A stretch of 64,000 nt of DNA from Candidatus Omnitrophota bacterium (GTDB taxonomy: Bacteria; Omnitrophota; Gorgyraeia; Zapsychrales; JANLHA01): contig JBFMEN010000052.1 in the NCBI GenBank assembly GCA_040753435.1, forward strand, positions 129 through 64,128, in the 5' to 3' direction. Below the pieces are notes generated by a model. The model did no database searches. It saw nothing but the letters and a program-made list of their open reading frames with translations, and had not been told where the DNA came from. Numbering within the stretch: position 1 is the stretch's first letter; every line of letters starts with the position of its first letter. Positions 41,644-52,800 of this stretch are shown one piece after another. The translations under genes and the position numbers were made by a program.

Positions 41644-41646
41644 TTT

Positions 41647-41854
41647 TGATGATTGGTCCGGGGGGGGGGTATGTTTATGGTGGTGAAAAAATTTAATGTA
41701 GAGACGTCTTGGCGGGATGTCTCCAGGCAAGAGGGTAATGGCGTCGTCGATGCAGAGATGACCCGGCGGGTCATCTCAAACGGCAATGAGTCGGTTCTTC
41801 CGACGGAGACGTCTCATCGGGACGGGGCACAGGAGATTGCTGGAAGGGAGACGT
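41647..41854. repeat. REP-like palindrome cluster, copy 1
   Basis: GTAGAGACG-type palindromes (e.g. GAGATGACCCGGCGGGTCATCTC); near-identical to 55813-56051. Confidence 0.8.
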
Positions 41855-42091
41855 TGGGCAGGAGGAGTCTGAAACGGAACTTCAGTTGATGGGTTATGGC
41901 GTATAGCCAGGAAGAAGATCTTGATGGTGTTACTGAGTGGATTAGAAAAAAACAATATTAAAGACTGGAGGAAAAAATGATTAAGAAGCCGAATTTGAAA
42001 GGGCATGGCAAGGTTGAATCTTTATTAACATTATTTTAACTAAATTTGTTATAAACATATGATTTTATTATATTTATATATTTTATTAAAT

Positions 42092-42120
42092 TTGCCAATT
42101 TGTTCTATATCTTTTATACT
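42092..42120 (+). promoter_or_regulatory. Sigma70-like promoter for the three-paralogue cluster
   Basis: TTGCCA-17 nt-TATACT in an AT-rich intergenic region; GAGGAG RBS before ATG 42238. Confidence 0.6.
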
Positions 42121-42237
42121 TATATCAGAGAAAAAAAGAAATCTCCCGCTCTATTTCTTTCAATTCAAATCTGATTTTTATATATTTTGCGACTTGGGAA
42201 AGTTTATTTCTTACTATAAGAAGACGAGGAGAAACTA

Positions 42238-45200
42238 ATGAGACACCCTAAAAAGGCAAACACCTATAATTTTTTCCAACGGTTAGTTTCTGGTTTTTTA
42301 GTTTTTGTATTTAGCTTGGGAGTAACATTTCCTCCCGATATCGCTCGAGCTCAAATATTACCGGACCTTTTGTCGCCAGGAATGATGGTCTCTCAAAGCT
42401 CCGGTTATGCCCCTGTTTTAATCAAAGGCATTACCGTCCATCCTGAGAATCCGTTAGCGTTTGATTTTATTATAGATACAGGCGATTCTGGCATTGAACT
42501 TAAAAGTCAGAGGTTCAGGCAGGAATCCTTGCGTCTGGTGAAATACTTTTTGGCGTCGTTAACTGTTCCGGCTAATGAGCTTTGGGTTAACTTGTCTCCT
42601 TATGAAGAAGATCGAGTGATTCCCCAGTCTTTCGGACTGACAGAAATGGGCATCGATTTGCTGGCGCAAGATTATATGTTGAAGCAGTTGACAGCGAGTC
42701 TGACGTATCCGGAAGATGAACTCGGAAAGAAATTCTGGAAAAGGGTTTATGAGCGCGCTTATAAAGAGTTAGGAACAACTTCCGTACCTTTCGACAATTT
42801 TCATAAAGTTTGGATTGTGCCTCAGGAAGCACTGGTCTATCAGAAAGACAATCAAGCATTTGTTGTTCGTAACAAATTAAAAGTGATGATGGAGGAGGAT
42901 TATTACGCGTTTCGACGGGCGCATGGTTATGGGTATGATATAGAGAAAAAATCAGCAGAATCTGACAACAGGTTGACCAGACTTCAAGCTAAAGTGATGA
43001 GGGAAATCATCCTTCCTGAAATCGAGAAAGAGGTTAATGAGGGAAAGAACTTCGCTCAACTTCGTCAGATTTTTCAAAGCATGATTTTAGCCACCTGGTT
43101 TAAGAAGAATCTTAAGGAAAGTCTTCTCGGACAGGTATATGCGGATCAGAAAAAAGTTAAGGGTGTGGATGTTGACGATCCGCAAGTTAAAGAAGAAATC
43201 TACCGGCAGTATGTGAAGGCTTTTGAACACGGTGTTTATAACTATATTAAAGAAGATTATGATCCGAATTTTCAAAAGATTGTTCCTCGTCACTATTTTT
43301 CTGGAGGGGCTTATGGTGGGAACATGCCTGCTGTACAGCAAACAGTTTATGCCGGAACAAGGCAGGACACCGCAGCATTACGTAATGAAGTTGCTGATGT
43401 TATAGAGGGTGATGGCAAGATTGGTGATGCTTCTATTGTTTTAGCGGAAACAAAGAACGAGGCTGCCTCCATAGAGGAAAAGGCAAAGAAGTTTGCAGGC
43501 CAGGGTGATGCGGCGATGCTTTCGGAGTATAAACCGGTGGTCGTTGCCTTTGGCGGTCCTGACGGCGTATTGTTTGAGTATGACCGATGGCACAAGACAT
43601 CTTTCGAAGATGCGGTCACTTTTAACAAGTTTTTGCAACTGCTTAATAAAGGGGTTGATGTTGTTATTATCAGCGATCAACGTTATTTTGATTGGATGAA
43701 AATTCCCGATGAGGTTTTGGAGTACAAGTTGGTTGAATTAGTCAATAAAAAGAAACCTGAATTAGGCAAAGCTTTAAGCGCCCAAGGGTGGAACTTTAGT
43801 GATTCCCAAGCGTCGGAAGTGATCACAATAATAAACAACAACGAAAAAGATTTTTTGAATAGCTTGAAAGATTGGGGGGATCAGTCTAAAAAAATCCTTG
43901 AAATGGATCTGCGTCCTAACTTTGTTGAGTTGGTTCGAAAGAAGAATCCTGATCTGTTAACGAATCTTGTGGGGGAGAAAGGACTGAAAGCTCGACTTGT
44001 TGAGCCCCTGCGAAAAGCGGCACCAGGCGCATTACAAAATTTAACGGTATATGCGTCAGCAGGAACTTTTAAAATAACTTTTGATGAAAACGGTGAGGAA
44101 ATAGAGGATCGTTCTTATAATATCCGCAACTCTATGGATTCCCGAAGCGCCGAAAAGATAAAACAAGCTATTGAAGCTATTGTGAAGGAAGTGTATTGGA
44201 GCGATTATCAGAAGCGGCCTCATGATTACCGTGAGGCTTATCCTGCTTATACCTTTGAAGGGTATGAACCCCAGGTTGTCCTGCACAAGAATGGTGATTA
44301 TGTTCAGGGGTTGACTGTCTTGTATTTACCTTCAGCTTTACTTGGAGCTCATAATCCATCAGAAAATAAGGGCATAGGAGATATTAGGAAAAAAGTTTTT
44401 GAAGTTATTAAGGAGAGGCTTTCTAAAGAGATTCATCCGTATATATGGGCCCATGGGCAATATACTCAAAATATGCGCGGGATGGTTTCCATTGATCTCC
44501 GACGCAGGAACACCGGGAAGGATTTTGCTCTTCGGGAGTACATGATGGAAAAAGGGGTTCTACCATCACAGATAATATCCTTCTGGAGTTTGGATGAGTA
44601 TTCGGGTGATCAGCCAATGAGCTATGTTGAAGAGATTACTCGATTTATCAATTCAAAAAGACAGGGGGATGAATTTTTTAAATCGCTGGGGATAGGGTTA
44701 GGCGGTATTTACTACTGGCTTCATTTTCTTTTACAGAAACATCTTGGAAGTGTTAGCGAGATAGTGACCGCTTATAATGAAGAAACAGCCCGGCACCCAT
44801 CGTTAGTAGGAGCTAAAAAATATATTGAAGAGAGCAAAAATGGACAAAAGTTCCCAAGAGAAACAGAAGATGCCATAGAGAATCTTTATGAGATTTATCG
44901 AAGTTTTGCGTTGACATTTTCTGAGGCGCCTGCGCCCTGGACGGCTATTTATACAGAAGCCTTCGAATTATCTGATAAAGTGAAAGACGCATTGAATGAA
45001 TTTAGTGATGTGTTTTATAAAGTTGAGAGTGTTGAAAGTTTGTTCAAAGAGGCGGATATAATTTTTTACAAGAGGGATGTTGATTTTAAGACGTTTTACC
45101 AAGGGGTTGATCCTCGAGCCGCGCGAAACATTAATACCTTGCTAAAGGCCTATAACGGCGACGAAGAAAGACTTAAGAATGATGTGATAGCGGCTGCAAA

Positions 45201-47196
45201 TTCGATGAATATTAGTATAGCTAGGGTCTTGAGCGGCTACTATCAGGATCGGTACGTTTTTCGGTACAAAACTCCATTATTTGAAACGCTTAAATCAAGA
45301 GCGCCTCCGGTGGATTCGAAAGTTGTTTATTTAGGTGGTGGCGGTGTGGCCACGACAACTCTTCTTCAAAAATTTATGGAAAAAAAATTCAAAGAACTCG
45401 CCTGTATTATTTCTTCTTCTGATGATGGTGGATCTTCCAAAGACATTATGATGAGTTTGTTTAAGAGATTCGGATTTTATTTTATTCCCCCAGGGGATGA
45501 CGCAGGATTGAACATCTTTTTATCGAATGATAATTTTAAAATTTTTACACTATTCTGGTTGGAATCACAAGGAAAAGATCTTCCGGACGAGGTCTTAATT
45601 AGTGCCCAAAAGAAAGACCTCGGGAAATTTCGTATAACTGCGGATTCCATCTATCCGGCATGGAGAGAAAGAGTTTTAAAGGAACTGGAAGCATTGCGCG
45701 ATCCAGCGAAGAAACAAGAGATTGAGAAAGCACTGGCAAAGTCTTTGGGACTTGGTGAAATTAATATTGATTATAAGAGTCAACGCCACCTGGTATTTTT
45801 GACAAGTCTGCTGTCTTTGGGCGATCTTGTAGATCGAGACTTGGTTACCCCCGGGATTGTTGGTTTGAATAATGCCTCGACAGCGAATCTGCTGATGATA
45901 GGTGATGCATACGATTCCAGGGTTATTCGTGAAGGAATGCCGGTTGATAAAGATTCCAGACAGTTTCTTCTTCATCAAATGTTAGAGCTAGGAGATGCTC
46001 AGCCTGTTCCTGTAAGTTATGATTATGAGCGTAGCGCGTTGATTGCTTTTGATAAAGGCGGAGAGGTTCTTGAAACAACTCAGACCAGGATTACTGATAA
46101 GGCGCATAATAAGCTTACCCATGATCTTTATTTTTCTCATCGGACAGCAGAAGAGCGAATGAAGCGGTTTGATTCTTCAGATGATCAATCTTATCCCAAA
46201 GCAGCTCAAAAGGCTGTTGAGATTATCCAAAATTCAGAAATGCTGGTTTCAGGGAATGGATCATTGTGGACATCTTTGATGCCGGTTTTGATGTATAAGG
46301 ATGTGGCGCAGGCAGTACTTGATAAACGCGCAGAAGGAGCGCCTGTAGTGTTTATTGCGAAGATCAAGAGTGATTTGGAGACGGCCGCCATCAAAATGAA
46401 CGATTCAGGGGAAGCAGAGGTTTTGGAGCGAGATGGAAAATTAGTTCTTAATTTAGAGCAGATGAATCTTGTTGAGCAGCTGAAGGCCGTAGTTCGTCAT
46501 ATAAGACGTTCGGTCGGCAGGGATGATATTGAGCTTAAAGATGTTTTTTCCCATGCCATTATTGCGAATCTAAGCAAGGAGGCGATTCGGATTTTGAAAG
46601 AGAAAGAGAGTTTGACAGAAAAAGAGATTGGTGCCTTAAGAGAAGGTGGTGCCCAGGTAAGCAAGCTCCTGAAAGGGATTCAGCCTGTAGTTACTCAGGA
46701 AGAAAAAGAATATGTAATGAATCAGGGGTTGAAGATTATAGAAATCAGCGATAAGGATATCACTGGGATTGAAAAAGGGAAACCCTTGTATGATAACGAT
46801 AATTTATACGAGGTGTTAAAGAGTATTAAGCCTGAGGTCTTTGCTGATTCTGCCATGTTGACAAAAGAATCGTTACAGGTGACACCGGTAAAGGCCGGAG
46901 ATCAAAAAGCAGTAAAAACAGGGGGAGAGCAAGTCGGCGGTATTGATCTTAATCCGGACTATCTAGATCTTAGGATTAAGCGCGATGGAAATGGCGTGCC
47001 GCTTCCCATGTCTCAGCAATCTATTGAGCAACTGCGCCAGATCGATGGATTTCTGCCTGTGATTATTAATGTGACTCCGATCCAGAATTTTCCGATGGCG
47101 CTGGGTCTTGATGTGAGTTCTGAAAATGAGGATGGGACGACCAATAATCGTTTAAGCCATCTGGATGTCTTTGATAAGATGGCAAGGTTGAATTGA
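42238..47196 (+). CDS. Secreted modular protein, paralogue 1 (conserved N-domain + HAD-like + CofD/YvcK(GlmR)-like cargo + GGIDLN tail)
   Basis: Signal peptide (..ARA-Q); N-domain ending RHYFSGG; DAAML at 43507; YvcK motifs VYLGGGG, SDDGGSS, PPGD, GNGSLWTSLMP; DSAML at 46846; GGIDLN at 46936. Confidence 0.9.
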   Translation: MRHPKKANTYNFFQRLVSGFLVFVFSLGVTFPPDIARAQILPDLLSPGMMVSQSSGYAPVLIKGITVHPENPLAFDFIIDTGDSGIELKSQRFRQESLRLVKYFLASLTVPANELWVNLSPYEEDRVIPQSFGLTEMGIDLLAQDYMLKQLTASLTYPEDELGKKFWKRVYERAYKELGTTSVPFDNFHKVWIVPQEALVYQKDNQAFVVRNKLKVMMEEDYYAFRRAHGYGYDIEKKSAESDNRLTRLQAKVMREIILPEIEKEVNEGKNFAQLRQIFQSMILATWFKKNLKESLLGQVYADQKKVKGVDVDDPQVKEEIYRQYVKAFEHGVYNYIKEDYDPNFQKIVPRHYFSGGAYGGNMPAVQQTVYAGTRQDTAALRNEVADVIEGDGKIGDASIVLAETKNEAASIEEKAKKFAGQGDAAMLSEYKPVVVAFGGPDGVLFEYDRWHKTSFEDAVTFNKFLQLLNKGVDVVIISDQRYFDWMKIPDEVLEYKLVELVNKKKPELGKALSAQGWNFSDSQASEVITIINNNEKDFLNSLKDWGDQSKKILEMDLRPNFVELVRKKNPDLLTNLVGEKGLKARLVEPLRKAAPGALQNLTVYASAGTFKITFDENGEEIEDRSYNIRNSMDSRSAEKIKQAIEAIVKEVYWSDYQKRPHDYREAYPAYTFEGYEPQVVLHKNGDYVQGLTVLYLPSALLGAHNPSENKGIGDIRKKVFEVIKERLSKEIHPYIWAHGQYTQNMRGMVSIDLRRRNTGKDFALREYMMEKGVLPSQIISFWSLDEYSGDQPMSYVEEITRFINSKRQGDEFFKSLGIGLGGIYYWLHFLLQKHLGSVSEIVTAYNEETARHPSLVGAKKYIEESKNGQKFPRETEDAIENLYEIYRSFALTFSEAPAPWTAIYTEAFELSDKVKDALNEFSDVFYKVESVESLFKEADIIFYKRDVDFKTFYQGVDPRAARNINTLLKAYNGDEERLKNDVIAAANSMNISIARVLSGYYQDRYVFRYKTPLFETLKSRAPPVDSKVVYLGGGGVATTTLLQKFMEKKFKELACIISSSDDGGSSKDIMMSLFKRFGFYFIPPGDDAGLNIFLSNDNFKIFTLFWLESQGKDLPDEVLISAQKKDLGKFRITADSIYPAWRERVLKELEALRDPAKKQEIEKALAKSLGLGEINIDYKSQRHLVFLTSLLSLGDLVDRDLVTPGIVGLNNASTANLLMIGDAYDSRVIREGMPVDKDSRQFLLHQMLELGDAQPVPVSYDYERSALIAFDKGGEVLETTQTRITDKAHNKLTHDLYFSHRTAEERMKRFDSSDDQSYPKAAQKAVEIIQNSEMLVSGNGSLWTSLMPVLMYKDVAQAVLDKRAEGAPVVFIAKIKSDLETAAIKMNDSGEAEVLERDGKLVLNLEQMNLVEQLKAVVRHIRRSVGRDDIELKDVFSHAIIANLSKEAIRILKEKESLTEKEIGALREGGAQVSKLLKGIQPVVTQEEKEYVMNQGLKIIEISDKDITGIEKGKPLYDNDNLYEVLKSIKPEVFADSAMLTKESLQVTPVKAGDQKAVKTGGEQVGGIDLNPDYLDLRIKRDGNGVPLPMSQQSIEQLRQIDGFLPVIINVTPIQNFPMALGLDVSSENEDGTTNNRLSHLDVFDKMARLN

Positions 47197-47286
47197 TTCA
47201 ATCTTTACTGGTATAGGGTAAAAAAGCGTTTTTAATTTAAATGATTCATTAAGAACACCAAAAACATTTTAGGGAGAATCTGTCTT

Positions 47287-49881
47287 ATGACATACAGAAG
47301 AACGAGAGCCTATAGGTTATTGTCAATGTGTTTAAGTTTGATCTTGGCGTTGTCCTTTTCGGTTCCGGTTCAGGCTCAAGGCACATTTTTAACCGGGCTC
47401 AATTTACCTGCTATCGGGACAAAAGTTGTTCCAAGTGCGGCTTATCATCCGCCACTTATGGCCGGAATGACAATTTATCCCGAAGATCCCTTGAAATTTG
47501 ACTTCATCGTCACAACGGGAGATGACAATCTGGAAGGAGAGGCGTTTAAGAAGGAGGCGCAGCGGTTGATTAACTATTTTCTGGCCACATTGACTGTCCC
47601 CGACGATGAAATGTGGGTTAATCTTTCTCCGTATGAAAAAGACCGCATTATTGCAGATGGTTTGGGGACGACGGAGATGGGTCGTGACATGCTCGTTCAA
47701 GACTATATATTGAAACAGCTGACTGCGTCATTAATGTATCCTGAAGAGGAATTAGGAGAAAAATTTTGGAAAAGGGTCTATGAAAAAACAAAGTCAAGAT
47801 TTGGCGCTACGGAAATTTCTGCGAACACCTTCAACAAAGTTTGGATTGTTCCGGAGGAAGCTGTTGTTTATGTGAATGGGGCGAATGTTTTTGTCAATAA
47901 AAGCCATCTTAAAGTAATGCTGGAGGAGGACTATTTGGCTCTGGAAAGCAATCAAGAGAGCACACGCCATGGCTTGGGACAGATGACAAAGGACGATATT
48001 GAGGCTATAAGTCAGGACGCCAAGGAAATCCTTAAGGAAATAATTCTTCCTGAAATAGAACGGGAGGTTAATGAGGGTAAAAATTTTGCAAACCTCCGCC
48101 AGATTTATTATTCAATGATATTGGCGACATGGTACAAGAAGAATTTAAAAAAGAGCATTCTGGGCAAGGTATACATTGATAAGAACAAGATTGACGGTAT
48201 CGATCTTGACGATAAAGACGTTAAAGAAAAAATCTATGATAGATATATCCAGGCGTTCAAGCAAGGTGTTTACAATTATATTAAAGAAGACTTTGATGAA
48301 AGGACACAGGAAGTGGTTCCAAGAAGATATTTTTCCGGCGGCCTCAGGGGACAAAAAGATGTTGTTGCGGGTAAAGATTTATCATCAACCGCTGAAATCT
48401 CCCGTGCGCAAAGAGGAGAAATTGGTGCCAGGAAAGTGGCGTTTAACGCAGAGTTAAAAAATCATGACGCAGCTATGTTAACCGATACAGTCATTCCCGC
48501 GGAGATGAAAGATGCCATGGTACGGGAGGGCGGCAAGGCCATACGAAATTTCCTTGGAGGGCTTGTTCCCTATGTTGGTAATCGTGAGAGTTCTCCTTTT
48601 GCTGATATCGCTAAAGTTGAGCCTTTATGGGAGGCGGCGCAAAAGTTTGAAGCCAATCCAGACAATTTTACGGATGAAAAGTTGATTCAAGAGAAGACGG
48701 GAATCCCCCGCATTGAATTGAGGGATTTGAACCCTGAAACAGGGGAAGTCGCGCAGGTCGCGATTATAGGTATTCCTGGGAATTACCGATCGGTTCCTCT
48801 GGAAGGCTTTCAATCAATCGATCAGGCAGATTCGTTGTCAATCAGAATGGGCGGTTTTATGACGCTTGAAGCGAATGTAGGAGGTGTCAATAAATCGTTA
48901 CCTTTAAACTATCTTGCCCAGCATTTCAATGAAATTCTTGACATGTTGGGATATACCCCGGGAACATATATTGATGCGCGTGCCACGCGAACAGTTATTG
49001 CAACGGACGGCGACGGGACATTATATGGCAAGCCAACGGCAACAGAAAATCCGATTTTAAATGATAGCGCTGCTTATGATAATTTAATGGAATATTTAAG
49101 GGTTGGCGGGTTTTATGTCTTAACATCAGGGAATGACATTCAATTGACAAGAGAAAGACTCCTGGCCGGCAGGGGGATACCTGTTGAAGTGCGAAACAGG
49201 TTTCTTATCGTTGGAAATGGCGGTGCGAATATGGGTTATTTAAATGCGAATGGCGATCTCGTCGAGATAGATCAATATAAACGTCAGTCATTGTTAGAAA
49301 ACAGTGCGGATGAAATTACGGATTTGGATGTCGTTTATGTGGGAGATGATGAAAAGCTGGCTGGTAATGATATGCCCGGGTTTAGAAAAGTCGGCCTGAG
49401 CCAGGCAATCAGCGTCTCCTCAAAAGATTTCCAGAATAATCCTGTGGAACTGCGCAAAAATTATATTGGTAATATGGAGCAAGGGACGAGTGCTTTATTT
49501 GGCGCAATTATTGCCCGGGTTAAACAGTCACCGTTTACGCCTCTTTTTGAGGAAAAGACGCTTCAATCAATTATCTTAAAAGCCCGGGAATCTTTTTCGA
49601 ACACGATTTACGACTCGGCTATGTTAGGGGAAGGATCATTGGCTGACCGTTCTGCCAAGAACGGCGGTATTGATTTTAATTCCAATAATATGAGACTTGA
49701 TGAAGTAGGGGATGAAATTGATTTTCAACTTGATGAAACAAGTTTAAAAAATATCGATGTGAATACCATTGAAGGGATCATTCCTATGATCATCAACATT
49801 ACGCCGATCGTTGATTTTTTCCCTCTTTTGAGTCGTGCAGAGGGGATAGTGGATGACCCGCAGTTGTCTGCGCGGAATTAA
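47287..49881 (+). CDS. Secreted modular protein, paralogue 2 (conserved N-domain + HAD hydrolase cargo + GGIDFN tail)
   Basis: Signal peptide (VQA-Q); same N-domain; DAAML at 48466; HAD motifs TDGDGTL, TSGN, YVGDD; DSAML at 49612; GGIDFN at 49663. Confidence 0.9.
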   Translation: MTYRRTRAYRLLSMCLSLILALSFSVPVQAQGTFLTGLNLPAIGTKVVPSAAYHPPLMAGMTIYPEDPLKFDFIVTTGDDNLEGEAFKKEAQRLINYFLATLTVPDDEMWVNLSPYEKDRIIADGLGTTEMGRDMLVQDYILKQLTASLMYPEEELGEKFWKRVYEKTKSRFGATEISANTFNKVWIVPEEAVVYVNGANVFVNKSHLKVMLEEDYLALESNQESTRHGLGQMTKDDIEAISQDAKEILKEIILPEIEREVNEGKNFANLRQIYYSMILATWYKKNLKKSILGKVYIDKNKIDGIDLDDKDVKEKIYDRYIQAFKQGVYNYIKEDFDERTQEVVPRRYFSGGLRGQKDVVAGKDLSSTAEISRAQRGEIGARKVAFNAELKNHDAAMLTDTVIPAEMKDAMVREGGKAIRNFLGGLVPYVGNRESSPFADIAKVEPLWEAAQKFEANPDNFTDEKLIQEKTGIPRIELRDLNPETGEVAQVAIIGIPGNYRSVPLEGFQSIDQADSLSIRMGGFMTLEANVGGVNKSLPLNYLAQHFNEILDMLGYTPGTYIDARATRTVIATDGDGTLYGKPTATENPILNDSAAYDNLMEYLRVGGFYVLTSGNDIQLTRERLLAGRGIPVEVRNRFLIVGNGGANMGYLNANGDLVEIDQYKRQSLLENSADEITDLDVVYVGDDEKLAGNDMPGFRKVGLSQAISVSSKDFQNNPVELRKNYIGNMEQGTSALFGAIIARVKQSPFTPLFEEKTLQSIILKARESFSNTIYDSAMLGEGSLADRSAKNGGIDFNSNNMRLDEVGDEIDFQLDETSLKNIDVNTIEGIIPMIINITPIVDFFPLLSRAEGIVDDPQLSARN

Positions 49882-49886
49882 ACACT

Positions 49887-52800
49887 ATGAAAAATCCCAA
49901 ATCAACAATTTACCGCGTAGTTTCTGCTTGTTTAATCGTTATTCTGGCAGTGACGCTTTCTGTCCCAGCTCAGGCTCAGAGCGCGCTTACCCCAAGCGTC
50001 ATCGAAGGGCTTAATCTGCCTGCTCCAGGGACAATGATTTCATTAAGTAGTGCCTACAACCCCCCTATAATCAAAGGCATCACCATTTATCCCGATAATC
50101 CATTGAAGTTTGATTTTATTGTTTCTCCTGGTGATGACAATCTTAAGGGTGATGCATTGAAGAAAGAAGCGGACAAGCTCATTAAATACTTTATGGCGTC
50201 TTTAACTGTTCCGGCCGATGAAATGTGGGTGAATCTTTCGCCGTATGAAAAAGATCGCATTATCGCAGATGGATTAAGCCAAACAGAATTAGGGCGGGAT
50301 TTGCTGGCCCAGGATTATATTCTCAAGCAGGTCACCGCTTCTTTAATGTATCCAGAAGAAAAGCTGGGAGATGATTTTTGGAAAATGGTTTACGCGAAAG
50401 CACAGGTTCAATTTGGCACGACGGAAATACCGGTGAACACATTTAATAAGGTTTGGATTGTTCCGGAGAAGGCGAATGTCTACGTTCATGGCAATAATAT
50501 TTTTGTTGTCGATAGCTATCTAAAAGTCATGTTGGAAGAGGATTACTTGGCATTAGAAACGAATTTGAAGCATGCTAATCATGGCGTGGGAATAATTCCT
50601 AAAGACCAAATAGAAGAAACCAGTGATGTATCTAGACAAGTCATTCGGGAAATCTTAATTCCAGAAATTGAGAAAGAAGTGAATCAGGGGAAGAATTTCG
50701 CAAGCCTAAGACAAATATTTAATTCTATGATCCTGGCGACTTGGTATAAGAAGAATCTGAAAGAAAGTTTGCTCGGACAGGTTTATGTGAATCAGAATAA
50801 AGTTGAGGGCGTTGACTTGAAGGATAAACAAGTTAAAGAAAAGATTTACAATCAATATGTGAAAGCGCTTGAAAAAGGGGTATTTGATTTTATCAGAGAG
50901 GATGATGACCCAATTGCGCAGGAAAGAATCCCGAGGAGATATTTTTCTGGTGGAATTCAAGGAGCTGATAATGTAGGGGAAAGGATTATGTCTTATGCGG
51001 AAATAGAAAAGGTTTTTGTTGGGGATGAAGCGCTGATTACTGTTGAACTAAGAAATCCTAAAAATCCAAGTGAAAGATTGGTTGATACCGGCGCAACAAT
51101 GAAGAAGCTGTGGACGAAAATAAAAAAAATAAGCGTTAGTGACAACGACAGATGGTTTTTGAGAGACGGAAATTTATCTCATTGGGAACAAATTATTGAT
51201 GGTCAGGTTGAGTTTGATAAAGAAAAAATGGTTATAACTTTTAGCGTAGGAAACAATAAAGGAGAAACTCAGAGAATAAGCGTAAAGGTTAAAAAAGTTG
51301 TTAGTAAAAATGAGATTGTCAAAGGTGCACATCTAGAAGCTGGAGCGCTTAGGTTTCTGGGCGTGGCTGATTGGTATGATACTAAATTTCAGGGAGAAAC
51401 AGTTTTGCTGGAAGAAAATCCTTATAATATCAACTATATTTCTACAGATAGCATAATTGGCGTCTCAGAATTTTTATTTCAAAACGAGCCTTCTTCGATC
51501 GCTTATCCTATCATTGAAACAGCAATAAAAAGCGATCGAAAGTTTTTTGCCCAAGCTGCAAATCGGAGCGGTGATGAAGTTCGCGGCTGGATATCGAAAG
51601 CCCTTGGGTATTTCCCTTTTCAATCGTTGGATTGGGAAAGTGTACCCAAACAGTTTCTTGCTAAAGCATTAGCCAGAAATGAATTAACCAGATATGAAAA
51701 CATTCTAAGACTCGAAGATGTCTTATTCGCCGGCCAAATCGATGTCAATGAAAAGACAAATTCGAATGCAAAAGCGTTGTTTAGCTTAAATCCAGTACGA
51801 CGCTTAAGAGCATATATGGCGCTTAAACAAACGAATGACTTGGAAGAAGCAAAGCTATTGAAGGAAATGTATCCAAGGGCGAGTATTGCTATGAAAAAAT
51901 TAGTTCGTTTTTTATTCTATTGGGTTACCAGAGAGGAAGCGATGGTTACAGGCGAATATTACGGAATAACAAGGAAAGGAAACAGTCGGCTGAAAGATAC
52001 GAAGGAAAGATTGGATCAGTTATTGCCGACCTTGTTGGAACGATTTCCGAATGAAGTATTGAGGATACGTGATGAAGGTGTATCAACAGGAACTCTTTCT
52101 GAAAATCTTTTTCGTCATGTCGCCTCAAAGACAAAAGAATTTAAATATATTGCTACTGATTTGGTTACAAAGTTGATTTATATTACGAATTCAGAAAAGG
52201 GATATACGGCCGTTTTTACCGATGAACAAGATGGCCATACGGATAATTTTATTCAGATTAAACAGGGTAACCGAATTTATACTCCTCAAGGAGTAAATAG
52301 AGTTGTTCGTGTTCTGGGGGAAGACGCTGCGTCGTTTACCGCAGAGGTTCGGAGTGCGTTTGAAATGTATAAACAAGAAGGTGGATTATCAGATAAGTAT
52401 GTGACTGAAGAAGTTGGGCTTTTTGATTTTGAAGTCGAAAAATTAGCAAAGACTGATGAGCGCTTTGAGTTGTCTCAACATAACATCTTCCAAAAAGTGC
52501 CGACTCAAGAGCAGGGGCATTTAACAATACTTTCAAATGTATTAGTTCCTACTTATTATAGCCAGAGTGAATTAGTTGAGGGTATTAAGTCTGCGGGGTT
52601 AAATACGGTCGAAGGTGGTTTGGTGTTGGTCATTAATGAATCATATCTTGGAACTGGTCTTGGACCTGTATCAGACGGTATTTATGTTCATCCTTTTTCA
52701 GTTTTTGAAAGAAGAGGAAATCAGCTAGTTCGCCTATTTTTTTCTTCGATAGGACCACAAAAAGGATTTAATCGCGCCATGAAGGCTGAGGACATAGAAA

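Noticed and set aside
39015-39257. 80-aa out-of-frame ORF as a third nested gene
   Set aside because: Non-ATG start, weak RBS and unremarkable composition.
39745-40643. Near-identical repeats as a diversity-generating retroelement TR/VR pair
   Set aside because: Both copies are in-frame coding repeats, the differences are not adenine-specific, and no reverse transcriptase is in the window.
41400-41643. Giant protein as a simple long member of the GGIDLN paralogue family
   Set aside because: Its C-terminus lacks the GGID(L/F)N tail and its N-terminus is outside the window; only the DxAML motif links them here.
41698-41854. CRISPR array interpretation of the palindromic repeats
   Set aside because: Units are non-identical, spacers are shared between the two loci, and no cas genes are present.
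41653-41889. 78-aa ORF, with a similar 82-aa ORF at 55812-56060
   Set aside because: These are translations of the repeated palindromic element, not evidence of a protein family.
42005-47193. 15-bp match ATGGCAAGGTTGAAT at 42005 and 47179
   Set aside because: A match of this length is expected by chance in 64 kb and does not extend.
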